64,000 nucleotides of DNA from the NCBI RefSeq assembly GCF_006345805.1, contig NC_043002.1:95666001-95730000 (forward strand), in the 5' to 3' direction. Of this stretch, positions 40,167-52,959 are shown in pieces; position 1 is the stretch's first letter, and every line of letters begins with the position of its first letter. Source of the stretch: Octopus sinensis (Eukaryota). Position numbers and translations under genes: made by a program. The notes beneath the pieces were generated by a model. It saw nothing but the letters and a program-made list of their open reading frames with translations. It was not told the DNA's origin and did no database searches.

Positions 40167-40389
40167 ATATATATATATATATATATACGTATATATATTT
40201 AAGTAGATAAAGGAATTATCCTAGTATGGATAATTCGGTTAATCGATACCCGGGTAGCAAATTCACGTCAGTAAAACAAGGTTGAAGTTACATGCCAAGG
40301 GCAGAACCCCGTGTTCGTGTGTGGAAATTTGTGTGTTTTTTTATGTGAATAAATGAAAAGAATGGAGTCGAACGAAGATTTTAACAAAA

Positions 40390-40488
40390 TTCCTTTACTT
40401 TCGACATATGTTTCGAAGACTGCATACTCTTAATTCCGAAGGAATGAAGGTTGCATTATGCCGTCTTCTCATCAGGAAATACAAGGAA
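40390..40488 (-). ncRNA. Minimal type I hammerhead ribozyme with palindromic stem III
   Basis: ttccttgtatttc-CTGATGA-gaagacggcata...tatgcagtcttc-GAAA-catatg-TC-gaaagtaaaggaa. All core nucleotides are canonical. Predicted cleavage between 40403 and 40402. Confidence 0.85.
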
Positions 40489-41013
40489 CCTCTATCAGCC
40501 ACAAGACGAACAAAAGCTTCTTAATGACTGCCTACATGGTTTCCACAGTGATAATGAGTATTTATTTAAAATAATCCGTTATAAGCAATGACGTCAAAAT
40601 TGGTTGGAAGGAGGAAGTTTTAAAAAATAGGAAGGGGACAGTATGTATGCTGTATGTATGGGGATTGATGGGTGTATGTTTTTGTTAATGAGTTTGATTG
40701 TTTGTGTGTGTGTATGAGTGTATGTATATAACTGCATCTGTGCCTCTGTGTGTTTGGAAATGTATGTGTGGGTGGGACAATTGTCAAATATATATAGTAT
40801 TAATGTGAGAAATTTGTGTCTGTGTGTTTGATTGTGCGCCTGAGAGAGAGAGAGAGAGAGAGGGGGAGAGGTAGAGAGAAAGAGATAAACATACGCCAAC
40901 TATATTTAGTATTAATGTTTGATGCAACAGAATAGAGAGGAAGAATTTGTCTACGGTAGTGGTGTAGACGTGAAAGTAATTATTAAAACCAAAGAGGTTA
41001 TCTATATTATTTA

Positions 41014-41400
41014 TTATTTATATGAGTGGAAGGTGTGTTTTTGCCAATGTTTACATCTATAGGATTTTTCTATTATTGTGTTTACCAAGGGGAATTTGGC
41101 AAAAAGGATATAGAAGAGTTCAGAATTACAGATGCCACAAAATTTCCTGCCCTTATCAAAAGGAAAGGATACAGATAATATGGACCAATCCAGCTTGAAA
41201 GTTATATTGTTGTCCTTAAGACGCCACACTATTTTACTTAGTCCTGTACTATGTTGTTTTCTCTTATCTCAGAAAGTTGAATAATGGTTGGAAATTCTCT
41301 GGGATAATGGAGAAGTTGTCGCACCAATATAGAAGACATCGGTAGCGTAAGAAATTTTACACTGGTAAATGGAATTTTTAATTTTGGAATTACTGGACAA
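41014..41400 (-). pseudogene. PLE GIY-YIG endonuclease C-terminal fragment (one in-frame TGA)
   Basis: NSIYQCKI...FYIGAT...QRISNHYSTF*DKRKQHSTGLSKIVWRLKD...WSIL...CGICNSE...LVN..E...CKH. The two track ORFs (41269-41451 and 41014-41229) are in one frame. Confidence 0.85.
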
Positions 41401-41857
41401 GAACTCATGTATATATATACAGACAGACAGATAGACAGATATATCTGGCACTCCATCAGATACTACGACAAGGGTTCCAGTTGATCTGATTTTTGGAACA
41501 ACATGCTCATGGAATTACCGTGCAAGTAGCTGAACACTCCACAGACACATGTATCCTTAACCCTTTTATAACCAACTTGGCAAAGATTACTCACCAATAT
41601 CTTCAACCACTTGAGCATAGATGCACTATTTCCTTTCTCAGTCCACTTATTCTAACTCTGATGGTTTCTGCTCCTAGACCTAGCTAGCTGTGCACCATAA
41701 TTTCAAAGTTTTCCTGACAGATCCACTTATGCTCCCCATGAATCATTGAGGAAGCTACCCTGTGGTCATTTGATTTGCTACAGATAACAGCTACATCTCT
41801 CTCCAATTACACTCTACTAAGTGAAAATAGGGAGAAAACGTTAAATGTTATATATAT

Positions 41858-42160
41858 GTTTGTTCCTTCTCGAGCCATGCCTGGCTCATTAGAGCCGGTT
41901 TCCCGGTTTCTTGGCGTATAGGTTCCCCACCTGGATGGGATGCCAGTCGATTGCATGTGAGCTGCAAGATGCAGGAGGAAAGAGTGAGAGAAAGTTGTGG
42001 CGAAAGAGTCAGCAGAAGTTCGCCATTACCTTCTGCCGGAGCCGTGTGGAGCTTAGGTGTTTTCAGTCATAAAAACACACATCACCCGGTCTGAGATTCG
42101 AACCCGCGATCCCTCGACCGCGAGTCCTCTGCTCTAACCACTAGGCCATGTGCCTCCACA
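41858..42160 (-). mobile_element. tRNA-derived SINE, family B
   Basis: Reverse complement of 11267-11572. TSD ACGTTAAATG. Confidence 0.85.
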
Positions 42161-42397
42161 GAACACGTTAAATGATGTATCTTAGATATATTCTAGCAGG
42201 AAAAAGGAAAGATGGTCATGAATGGGATACCTTGATCGTTGATGTGCTGGACTAAGACAGACATGGGAGCTAAACAATAACAACAACAACCACACTTATT
42301 GTCTATTTCCTGCAAAAACAAAAACATCCAAACATTTTCTGCTATTCTTAGCTGCATGGTTCCATTAAATCTTTCTGAAAGTAGAAGTTAATTGAGT

Positions 42398-42777
42398 TAC
42401 TCTTTTACTCTTTTATTTGTTTCAGTCATTTGACTGCAGCCATGCTGGAGCACCGCCTTTAGCCGAGCAAATCGATCCCAGGACTTATTCTTTTGTAAGC
42501 CTAGTACTTATTCTATCAGTCTCTTTTGCCGAACTGCTAAGTGACAGGGACATAAACACACCGGCATCGGTTGCCAAGCGATGTTGGTGGGGACAAACAC
42601 AGACTCACAAACACATATACATATATGCAATGGGCTTCTTTCAGTTTCCGTCTACCAAATACACTCACAAGGTTTTGGTCAGCCTGACACTTGCCCAAGG
42701 TGCCACACAGTGGGATTGAACCCAGAACCATGTGGTTGGTAAGCAAGCTACTTACCACACAGCCACTCCTGCGCCTC
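42398..42777 (-). mobile_element. SINE family C
   Basis: Matches 35214-35647, with TGAGTTA duplication. Confidence 0.85.
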
Positions 42778-43168
42778 CTGAGTTAGTTATAATTAAATGT
42801 AAATTAGAATTTGATGAGAAGACGTAAATGAAGGATTATTTCTAAAAGGTTGTTGTCCTAGTGAGGATTAGTGGAGGGAGTATAGAGTATGTGGTATGCA
42901 GAATAAACTCTATAGTTGCTCCAGTGAGAACTAATAGGGGTAAGTATGGAGTATGTAGCGTGTGGTGAAAATCTATTGTTGTTTAGCTGGTTGTCCTGAT
43001 CTATCTCTTCCTTCTCTCTCTACAACAGTCTTTCTTTTCTACCTCTGTTTTTTTCTCTCTATAACAGCCTTCCTTCCCAATCTTTACATTCACTATAGTA
43101 GCAAACATTCCCAACTTCTTATTTCCATACTTTTGTTTTCTCCAAAATAGTCTTTTTTCCCTAACAGT

Positions 43169-43555
43169 GGTGGAAGCACTCCGTCGGTTACGACGACGAG
43201 GGTTCCGGTTGATCTGAATCAACGGAACAGCCTGCTCGTGAAATTAACGTGTAAGTGGCTGAGCATTCCACAGACACGTGTACCCATAACGTAGTTCTCG
43301 GGGATATTCAGCATGACACAGAGAGTGACAAGGCCGGCCCTTTGAAATACAGGTACAACAGAAACAGGAAGAAAGAGTGAGAGAAAGTTGTGGTGAAAGA
43401 GTACAGCAGGGATCACCACCATCCCCTGCGGGAGCCTCGTGGAGCTTTAGGTGTTTTCGCTCAATGAACACTCACAACGCCCGGTCTGGGAATCGAAACC
43501 GCGATCCTATGACCGCGAGTCCGCTGCCCTAACCACTGGGCCATTGCGCCGCCAC
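43169..43555 (-). mobile_element. tRNA-derived SINE, family A
   Basis: Matches 9555-9933. TSD TCCCTAACAGT. Confidence 0.9.
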
Positions 43556-44169
43556 TCCCTAACAGTAACCTTCCCCTCTATCTGAATCTACTATTCCTGA
43601 TCCAGATCAATTTTTGACTTCCTTGCTGACATCATTGATAAGTTGTTTTTGGCCTGTTTTTTTACTTTGATTGTAGGGATGGTGAGGTGGTGGGAGGTAG
43701 TTAATTATGAAGCACACTTCACTGCCACATGTTTACAGGTACGATCTTACTGCTGAATTTATGTTATTTCCTGGATCCAATCATCATCATCATCATCATC
43801 CTTTAACGTCCATTTTCCGTGCTAGCATGGGTTGGACGGTTCGACCGGAGGGTCTGGGGAGCCAGGAGGCTGCACCAGGCTCCAGTCTGATCTGACATAG
43901 TCATACACAAATCAATGAGCTCCATATGACATACTTAAATGTCCGTCATCAGGATATTGTGCGCATTAATATAAATTTGATGCCGTAACATACATTATAC
44001 TAGAACTGCAAAGACTTTGTGAGAAAAAAAAAAAGTGGGGTCTAACTATTCCTTTTAAAAATCATCAAATTGTAATTTTATATCGTCTAGGACTTTAAAC
44101 TAATTTGTAAAATTCCCATTTGCCCAATCGTTTTTCTCAAATTATTCACTGGATTCTAAAAGTAACAGG

Positions 44170-44770
44170 TCAAGTATCAATAGATATCTACTAAAATGAA
44201 ATACGCACACTTAAAATAAGTGAAATGAAAAATCAGGATTCAAAACAAGTAGAATGAAGGATCAAAATTCAAACCAACTGGATGAAGTATCAAGATTCAA
44301 AACAATGAAAAATGAAGTATTAAAATTCAAAATAATTGGGATGAAGGATTAGAATTCAAAAAAACTGAAATGAAGTGTGAGGATTAAAAACAACTGGAAT
44401 GGAAGATCAGGACTCAAAACAGCATGAATGAAGGATCAAGATTCAAAACAACTTGAATGGAGTGTCATGATTCAAAACAACTCGCATGAAGGATCAAGAT
44501 TCAAAATTCTGAAATGAAGGATCAGGATTCAAAACTATTAGAATGAAGTGTCAGGATTCTAAACAACTGCAATGTAAATTGAACTGCTCTCACTTCCAGT
44601 GATTTAGTACTCGACAGACAAAGCCAAGAAAGTAATTAGTATTTTGTAAACTATCAATCCCTATTTATTTCCTGCTGTTTGCTTTATTTTTTCTTTTAGC
44701 ACTTGAAAATACAGAAGTAGAATTTTAAACTAATTTAAGTTACTTCTTCGTTTGCCTCTATCATCAACTT
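44170..44770. repeat. 29-bp minisatellite array (about 13 units) plus about 190 bp of shared flank
   Basis: Unit AAAACAACTGGAATGAAGGATCAGGATTC. The flank 44583-44770 is homologous to 49800-50010. Confidence 0.85.
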
Positions 44771-45420
44771 AATATTCTGTCATGTTTCATTCTTTGGTAT
44801 ATTGTAACTTCATTAATGATATTGTTTAATTAGACATGCTGTCCATGGCTACTAATACTATACATTTTTTCATATTATTTTTTTTTGACATTACAAAACA
44901 AACCAGTAATTACTACACATATTTTTCATTTTAATTTTGTCATTTATTTGCTCTTATATTTAGCTTGTATAAATCAGGTAATCTTCTAATTAGAATTTTT
45001 ATATTTTTTTGGCTTAATTTTTTTTATGTTATTTGACTATCATCATAAGTTTAATCATGTTTAGGACATTTATTATGGGATAACTGTTAAACAAAGAATA
45101 TCACCAATAGATGTTATGTATATTAATGCATCCTGTTCAGCAAAACATGTGAAAACATTTTAGAATATGAATACTAATTATAGGATGGGAGTCTGTGGAG
45201 AAGTGTTGGTAGCAGTAAAGAATGATCAAAGCAAGCATAAACAACAACATGTCTGAGATAAACGTTTTTGTGTTTGTTTTGGTTTTTTATTATTATTTTC
45301 TATTTTTCTGAACATGATGGAATAGCTTTGAAAAATTCTGCATACAGCATATCTCCATAAATCATTTGTTTGTTCATTTTATGTTCATTCTTCCATGCTA
45401 GCATGGGTTAGGCAAATATA

Positions 45421-45637
45421 TGAGGGGATGCCGAGAAGTTCCTGGGTTTGGGTAAAAGAAAATACAGAAGGATCTGTTAATTATGATTTTATTCAACATA
45501 TTTTTCTCTCACACTCACACACTTATTGCAGTAGTCCTTCAGTTTTTCTAAGTCCTGTAAAAGAACTTGGAAGGTCGGGCCTTCAACCAGACCTTTTGAG
45601 ATACCCTTAGAACCAGGAAATTTTCAGCACCCCCTTG
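45421..45637. mobile_element. mariner-derived MITE
   Basis: TIRs gagggg.tgc.ga.aa.ttcctgg in TA sites. Inverted sister copy at 56198-56414. Confidence 0.75.
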
Positions 45638-45796
45638 TATTATTGTACCATTGTTTCATGGCTGTATTCCCTTCCCATTACTAATTCTTAACTACTTTAC
45701 AAGTAAGGGATCTATTATTCCATGCATCTTTGAAAGTAAAGGATAGTATCAGGAAGAGCAACCAAGTATAAAACACTACTTTGAGCAAAATAGTCG

Positions 45797-45871
<75 letters not shown>

Positions 45872-46036
45872 TAAATATATAATTATATACTATTTATTTA
45901 TTATTTTGTACTTTACTTAATTATAGGTATATGTTTTATCGTATATTTAATTTTTTCTATATGGTATGATTTAATTATATCATTGCTGAATTGCTACATG
46001 GTGGTTCTTCTCTAATTTATATACATATATTATATA

Positions 46037-46121
<85 letters not shown>

Positions 46122-46465
46122 TATATATTTCCTTTATGTACACTGATTTGTTCTGCTTTTTATATTTAACCCTACTGTCCCTTATGTGGTGGTTTAATAA
46201 AGTATGTGATTGAGTATTATCTGGTAATTGATATTTGATTTAGATGTATTTCTCCATTTTCTTATCTTGTATTAGTAATTTGTGGTAAATCATTTTACCT
46301 TTGCCCATATAATACAGTAAATGAATTGATTGCATCGCAATCATTAACATTTATGTATTAACTTTGTTGGGTACTTCACTAGCAGTATATTGGATATTTG
46401 TTATCCCATGGAGGGTTGCATTTACAACCCCTATCTCAATTTGTATATATATATATATATATATA

Positions 46466-47232
46466 TGTCATGTCTCCTTTTTTCAGCAACAGCTTGATGC
46501 ATTGGTGAAGCCAACTGCATTGGAGAGCATAAGGATTAAAGTTGTTGCCTGTATCACAATGATCCGCACCCGCATCACAACTGTTGTTCAATGCTTTGTG
46601 AACACTGTAAAGGCTGTAAGACATGACAGCTGTAATGGAATCTACAAAACCATGGCCACCAGGAAGGGACACGGCAGGCGTTCTGACTGAGTCCACATGC
46701 CAGAATTCATCCAACAATTAATAAACAGGGTCTTAGGCTCAGTTCAGATAGCCATGTGAAGCTGCTGGAGACTGTGGTCAAATCCTGGCTGGAGATGGTC
46801 ATTGCTGGAGGGCCATATGGGGAGCAGCAGGGTTCAGTTTCTTGCTATACGTCTGGAAAAAGTCGGAAGTGGTTGTCGGAAAATTTTTGTGACTCCACCA
46901 GTCCCAATTTCTGGCCTCCTAATTTCTCCACTTTTAATCCCACGAATTACTGTATATAGGTTGTGGTTAAGAAAGACACCAACTGCTCTGCCTGCAACAC
47001 CAAGGATGAGCTGGTGGCCAAGATGAAGGTGGTGTTAGATCTTCCAGGGACACAGTGAAGACCACACATGCTAAGTTCTGGAGCCACCTTTAGAACATGG
47101 TGGGAGCTGAGGGTAGTTACTTTATGTAAACTGTTATTTCCCAGCTACAATCCAGATGATATTTTTAAATTTTTTAAAACACTTATATTTTTGGATGGAT
47201 TATTGTGTTTTCATTACCTTTTAATCCCCCTG
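46466..47232 (+). mobile_element. Second DD37D-type Tc1/mariner remnant
   Basis: KLLETVVKSWL...QQGSVSCYTSGKS.KWLSENF....PNFWPPN. Ends ccccctg|TA. Confidence 0.65.
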
Positions 47233-48294
47233 TATATGTACATAGACACACTCACACACACTGGGCTTGTTTTAGCTTTTCACCTACCAAATCCACTAAC
47301 AAGGCTTGGTCAACTCAGTGCTATAGAAAAAGACACTTGCTCAAGATACAGTGAGACTGAACCTGAGATTAGGCACATAGCCATATCTACCTCTTTATCC
47401 TAAATAATTCCACTTATGAATTCTTTCATCAATTATGTAACAAGTGCTCTGAAGGTTTCATTTTACTGAGAAGGTCAGAATATGATCAAAACATGTTCAG
47501 AGTTGTCTCCCATACAAACTAAGAAAATAATACCAATAATAATATTAGTTATTTCTAGTCGAACTTTTAATACTCCATGCAGTAGATATGTTAACACTAA
47601 CTATTCTAAGTTCTGCTGAAGCTAATTTGGCTAACATTTGCTCTATTCTCATTTCATTTATGCCACTTTCTTTTACCAACATATGTCGTTGATATTTATC
47701 AATTTAATTACTTCTCCTGCATAAATATAACAATACATCTGCTGTAAGCTTCAAGTTTGTATTTCTGATCCATCAAATCCTGCTCATTTCATTTGTTGCT
47801 CAATATATCAGTGCTTTGCAATCATGACTATTTTGCACAGTCTACTTAATGTTTCTAACAAAACTGTTGATTTTTCATCATGCATGGTTAAGAGGCTCTC
47901 GTTTTGCAACTATGAGGTTTCAAGTTCAACCCCATTGCACAGCACTTTGGTTAGTGACTTTTACTTTAGCCCTGTACTGACTAATGCCTTGAGAGTGAAT
48001 TTAGTAGATGGAACCTGTATGGAATCCTATCGTGTGTGTGTGTATGTGTGTGTGTACATGTGTGTATGTATGTGTCTATGTTTTTGTGTCTGTGTGTCAT
48101 CCCCATCAGTGTTCAATAACTAGTGTTGTTTTTTTTACGCCTCTGTAACTTAGCAGTTCAGCAAAAGAAACCAACATAATAAGTACCAGACTCTAAAACT
48201 GTACTGGGATTCTTTTGCTTCAAGGTAATGCCCCAGTATGGCCACAATTGAATGTTTGAAACAAGTAAAAGATGAAAGAGACATGTTGAAAGCT

Positions 48295-50010
48295 GCAAGA
48301 ATGAAGTGCCAGAGTTCAAAACAATTGGAATGTGAACCAGGATTCAAAACAACTGGAATGAAGGATCAGAATTCAAAACAACTGGAATGAAGTGTGAAGG
48401 TTCAAAACAACTGGAATGATGGATCATAATTTAAAACAACAGGAATAAAGTGGGAAGATTCAGAATAACTGGAATGCTGGATTGTGATTTAAAACAACTG
48501 GATCGAAGTGTGAGGATTCAGAATAATAGAAATAAAGAATCTGGATTGAAAACAACTGGACTGAAGGATCAGAGTGTAAAAAAACTAAAGAGAAGGATTA
48601 TGATGCAAAACATGTAGAATGAAGGATCAGATTTCAAAAAAACTGAGATGAAGGATCAGGATACAAAATAAGTGGAATGTAGGATCAAGATTCAAAACAA
48701 ACTAGAATGAAGAAATGAGATTAAAAATATTTGGAATGAAATATGAAGATTCAAACAACTAGAATGAAATGTGAGGGCTCAACACGGTTATATTGAAAGA
48801 TCAGGATTCAAAACAACTGGAATGAAGTTGAGAATTCAGAACAATTGGTATCAAATGTTAGGATTCGAAGCAACTGGAATAAAGAATCAGGATTCAAAAG
48901 ACCTGGAACGAAGCATAACAATTCAAAAGGACTGAAATGGAGGATTGGGATTCAAAACAACTAGAATTAAAGATCAGGATTCAAAACAACTGGTATGAGT
49001 GGATTGAAAGATCAGGATTCAAAACAACTGGAATAAAGCATCATGATTTAAAACAACTGGAATGAAGTATCAAAATGCAAAACAACTGAAATTAAGTGTG
49101 AGGATTCAAAAAAAAACTGAAATGAAGGATTAGAACTTAAAACAACTGGAATAATGGATTAAGATTTAAAACAGCTAGACTGAAGGATCAGAATTTAAAA
49201 CATCTAGAGTGAAGGATCAGAAGTCAAAACAACTGGGATGAAATATATGGCTTCAAAACAACCAGAATGTCAGATCAGTATTCAAAGATGGAATAAAGTG
49301 CCAGGATTCAAAACAAGTAAAATAAAGGATCAGGATTTTAAATGACTTGAATGAAAAATCAGAACTCAAAACAGTTAGCATAAAGGATCATTATCCAAAG
49401 TAATTTGAATGAAATGTGAAAATTCGAAACAACTGGAATGAAAGATTCAGATTCAAAACAAGTGGAATAAATTATCAAGATTTAAAATGACTTTGAATGA
49501 AGGCTCTCGGTTAAAAATTACTGGAATGAGGATTTGTGATTCAAAAGAACTGGGATGAAGAATCATGGTTCAAACAATTGAAATTAAGAACAAGGATTCA
49601 AAACAAGTGAAAAGAATGATCAGTATTCAAGATGACTGGAATGAAGGATCAGGAGTGTTAAAACAACAAGAATAGAAAGATCAGGATTTAAAACAAGTGG
49701 AATGAAGGCTCAAAATTCAAATTAACTGGAATGAAGAATCAGGATTCAAAACAACTGGAATGACAAACCACTACTCAAAATAACTGGAGTGAAATTTAAA
49801 CTGCTTTCATTTCCATTGACTTAGTATTTGATTGGCAAAGCTAAGTACGTAATCAACAATTTGTAAGCTGTCAATATTTACTTTCAACTGTTTACTTTGT
49901 TGTTGTTTTTGTTGTATATTCATTTATGTATTTAGCACTTGAAAATACAAAAGCTGGGCTTTAAACTAATTAAAGAGTTACTTCTTTATTAGCGCCTGTC
50001 ATCACCGAGC
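48295..50010. repeat. 29-bp minisatellite array (about 50 units) plus shared flank
   Basis: Same unit as 44170-44570, with interspersed GAAGGATCAGG and GAAGTGTGAGG variants. Confidence 0.9.
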
Positions 50011-50843
50011 TTAGCACAATGTACATCGTACTTCTAATGCCCCAAACACAGTCTACCTAGCACAATATATATACATGCATGCATACATACATACATACAC
50101 AAATACATACATACGTACATACATACATACATATTATACTTTGCCTAAGACTTCTAACACACTTTACATAAAACTCTCAAAACAATCAGTCTCCCAGGCA
50201 AAGAGAAAATGTTTTTGTTACCAACTAAGTCAATAGTTCAATAGCTTTTAAACTTCCTCTACCAGGATGAAAATATCAAACCTTATAAAGTCATTATTTT
50301 CGTTTTCTTTTTTTTACATCAGAATATTCTGGTTTAAATTAAGACTTTTAACATTATTATTCTGTTACTCTCACAAAACAAACTGAAAGATCAATATTGC
50401 AAATTAATTTGGTTAAAATATTCATTCCCACAATCTCTTTTATTACACATAACATAGCACAAACTTTCCAAGCTGTCTTCACTTTTTTTTCTTTTTGTTA
50501 CTATCTCTGGAAACTGAAACACTTTTAAATATAAATCACTTTATAGAGACAAATAATTCAAACTTTATCCATTTAATATCATTTTGGATACGTTTCTGTA
50601 TGTTGCAAGAGAAGTGCCATGTATAACAGATTCAGTGGAAATTTACAATAACAGTTGACATTAAAAATATAATTCAAACATGCTGTGTGGATGCAGTGTT
50701 TACTTCATGACCATGTGGTTTGGAGTTCAATTTCACTATATGGTACTTGTCACAAGGGTCTTCTATAACTATGTTGGACCTTGTTTGTGAAATTGGTGAA
50801 TTGGTAGACAGAAACTCTATGGAAGCCAGTCTGTATGTGTGTG

Positions 50844-50844
<1 letters not shown>

Positions 50845-50885
<41 letters not shown>

Positions 50886-51065
50886 AATCATCATCATCGT
50901 CGTTTAACATCCGCTTTCCATGCATGGCTTGGATGATTTTGACTGAGGGCTGGCAATTCAGATGGCTGCACCAGGTTCTAGTCTTGATCTGGCAGAGTTT
51001 CTACAGCTGGATGCCCTTCCTAACGCCATATATATATATATATATAATATATATATATATATACT

Positions 51066-51103
<38 letters not shown>

Positions 51104-51888
51104 TCAACGTCTCTTGTCTATACTGGCATGGGTTGGACAGGTTGATAAAGGTTAGTAAGCTGAGGGAATGCACCAGACTCCAATCTGATTTGGCATGGTT
51201 TCTATGGCTGGATGCCCTTCCTAACGCCAACCACTCTGAGAGTGTAATGGGTGCTTTTACATGCCACCGACATGGGTGCCAGTTGTGTGACACCAATATC
51301 TGCCACAACTATGATTTCACTTGGTTTGATGGGTCTCCTACTCAAGTATGTTATATTGCCAAAGGTCTCAGTCATTTATCATTGCCTCCATGAGACCCAC
51401 CACTCGAAAGGGGCTTTTTATGTGCCACTGGTACAGGTGCTAGTTATGCAACACTGGCACAGCCACTTTGCCTCCATGAGGCCAAATGCTCAAAAGGTGC
51501 TTTTTACATGCCACCAGCATGAGTGCTAGTTATGTGACATCACTATCAGCCACACCTATGGTTTCACTTGGCTTGACAGGTCTTCTCATGCACAGTATAT
51601 TGCCAAAGGTCTCAGCCACTAATCATTGCCTCCGTGAGGGCCTAGTGTTCAAAAATCATGCTTCACCTTCCCATGTCCTCCTGGGTCTACCTCTTCCACA
51701 GGTTCCCTCCACTGTCAGAGATTGGCACTTATTTACACAGTTGTCCTCCTCCATACACATCACATGACCACACCAGTACAGTCATCTCTCTTACACACCA
51801 CATCTGATGCTTCTGATGCCCAACTTTTCTCTCAAGATACTTACACTGTCATACATGCACACTGACATTGCACATCTAACGAAGCATG

Positions 51889-51890
<2 letters not shown>
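50845..51890 (-). mobile_element. RTE LINE 3' end/3' UTR copies with (GAT)n tail
   Basis: [14 protein letters not shown] and RGRP-type RTE peptides, then the 3' UTR also seen at 10330-10545, 18610-18705, 43780-43895, 55260-55600 and 63060-63235. Confidence 0.7.
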
Positions 51891-51927
<37 letters not shown>

Positions 51928-52017
51928 CACTTATATATATATATATATGTATATATGTATATATATGTCTGTGTGTGTGTGTGTATGTATATATGTATAT
52001 GTATATATATGTGTATG

Positions 52018-52070
<53 letters not shown>

Positions 52071-52561
52071 GCACACACACATACATCATCATCATCATCA
52101 TCATCATCGTTTAACGTCCTCTTTCCATGCTAGCATATACATGCATATATATTTATAAGTATGTATGAGTGTGTGTATATATATATATGTATATACATGT
52201 ATTTATACACATGAATTCTTACATTTCACATCTTTGATGGAAACTGTTTGAGCAAAAACAGTGATACTATGTTAACATTCCCTTTTAACAAATTGTCAAA
52301 CACAAGAAGAATAAAAAAAGAAAAATCTTTTCCTTAAATAACAGGAAAGGCAACCAACGTAAAAAATAATATTTCAATATTAAGTGTTTGTCCAACAAAT
52401 CTGAAACTAATGAAGAAGCAAGCAAATATAGAGTTGTTTGGCACATTGTGAAATTAAATCTTTGGGCAGAAATTATATACAGCAAAAATGTCTGAAAGTA
52501 AATTAACATAATGATAAAGGTTTTTGATTTTTGATTCTTTTTAAAAAAAGTCAAAACAATA

Positions 52562-52959
52562 TCTTTATATATAAAAGTGAAGTTGTGTGTCTGTCTCCTA
52601 CGATTTAGATTCCTAACTACTCCCACATTTTGCGGTGCAATTTAACCAAAACCGGATATCTTATAGTCGTGATTCATATCGAGCCCTTCTGGGTATTAAC
52701 GCGCATCTACGATGAGTCTACGATTTTAAAAAAAATTTACCATCATTTTTTTTCCATTTTAATGTATTTTTTTCGCTATTATATAAGGGAAGTAACTCTC
52801 TAAAAATGTCTACGATGAGTCAACGATTTTTAAAAAATTTACCATCATTTTTTTCCATTTTTAATGCATTTTTTTGCTATATTTTGGCTATAACTCTCTA
52901 AAAATGCTTATATAGTTATTTCCCTTACAAACCTGAGCAACGCCGGGCAATACTGCTAG
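52562..52959 (+). mobile_element. Non-autonomous Helitron
   Basis: A|TC...CTAG|T with a subterminal hairpin. Confidence 0.85.

Larger units (their letters stand above)
40198..41408 (-). mobile_element. Penelope-like retroelement 3' part: GIY-YIG endonuclease, 3' UTR and hammerhead-bearing terminal region
   Basis: Endonuclease at 41014-41400 and HHR at 40390-40488 on the same strand. Both ends abut (TA)n. Confidence 0.85.

Noticed and set aside
41269-41271. Single in-frame TGA in the PLE endonuclease as a possible selenocysteine codon
   Set aside because: The position is not an evident Cys site, CGA-to-TGA CpG decay is simpler, and no SECIS was identified.
47446-47503. Hammerhead-like remnant (ctctgaag...ggtca/tgatc-aaaacatgttc-agag)
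   Set aside because: Core G12 is missing and the 5' core is disrupted; too degenerate to call.
48295-49790. CRISPR-like periodicity of about 29 bp
   Set aside because: Units are contiguous with no unique spacers, there are no cas genes, and the context is eukaryotic.
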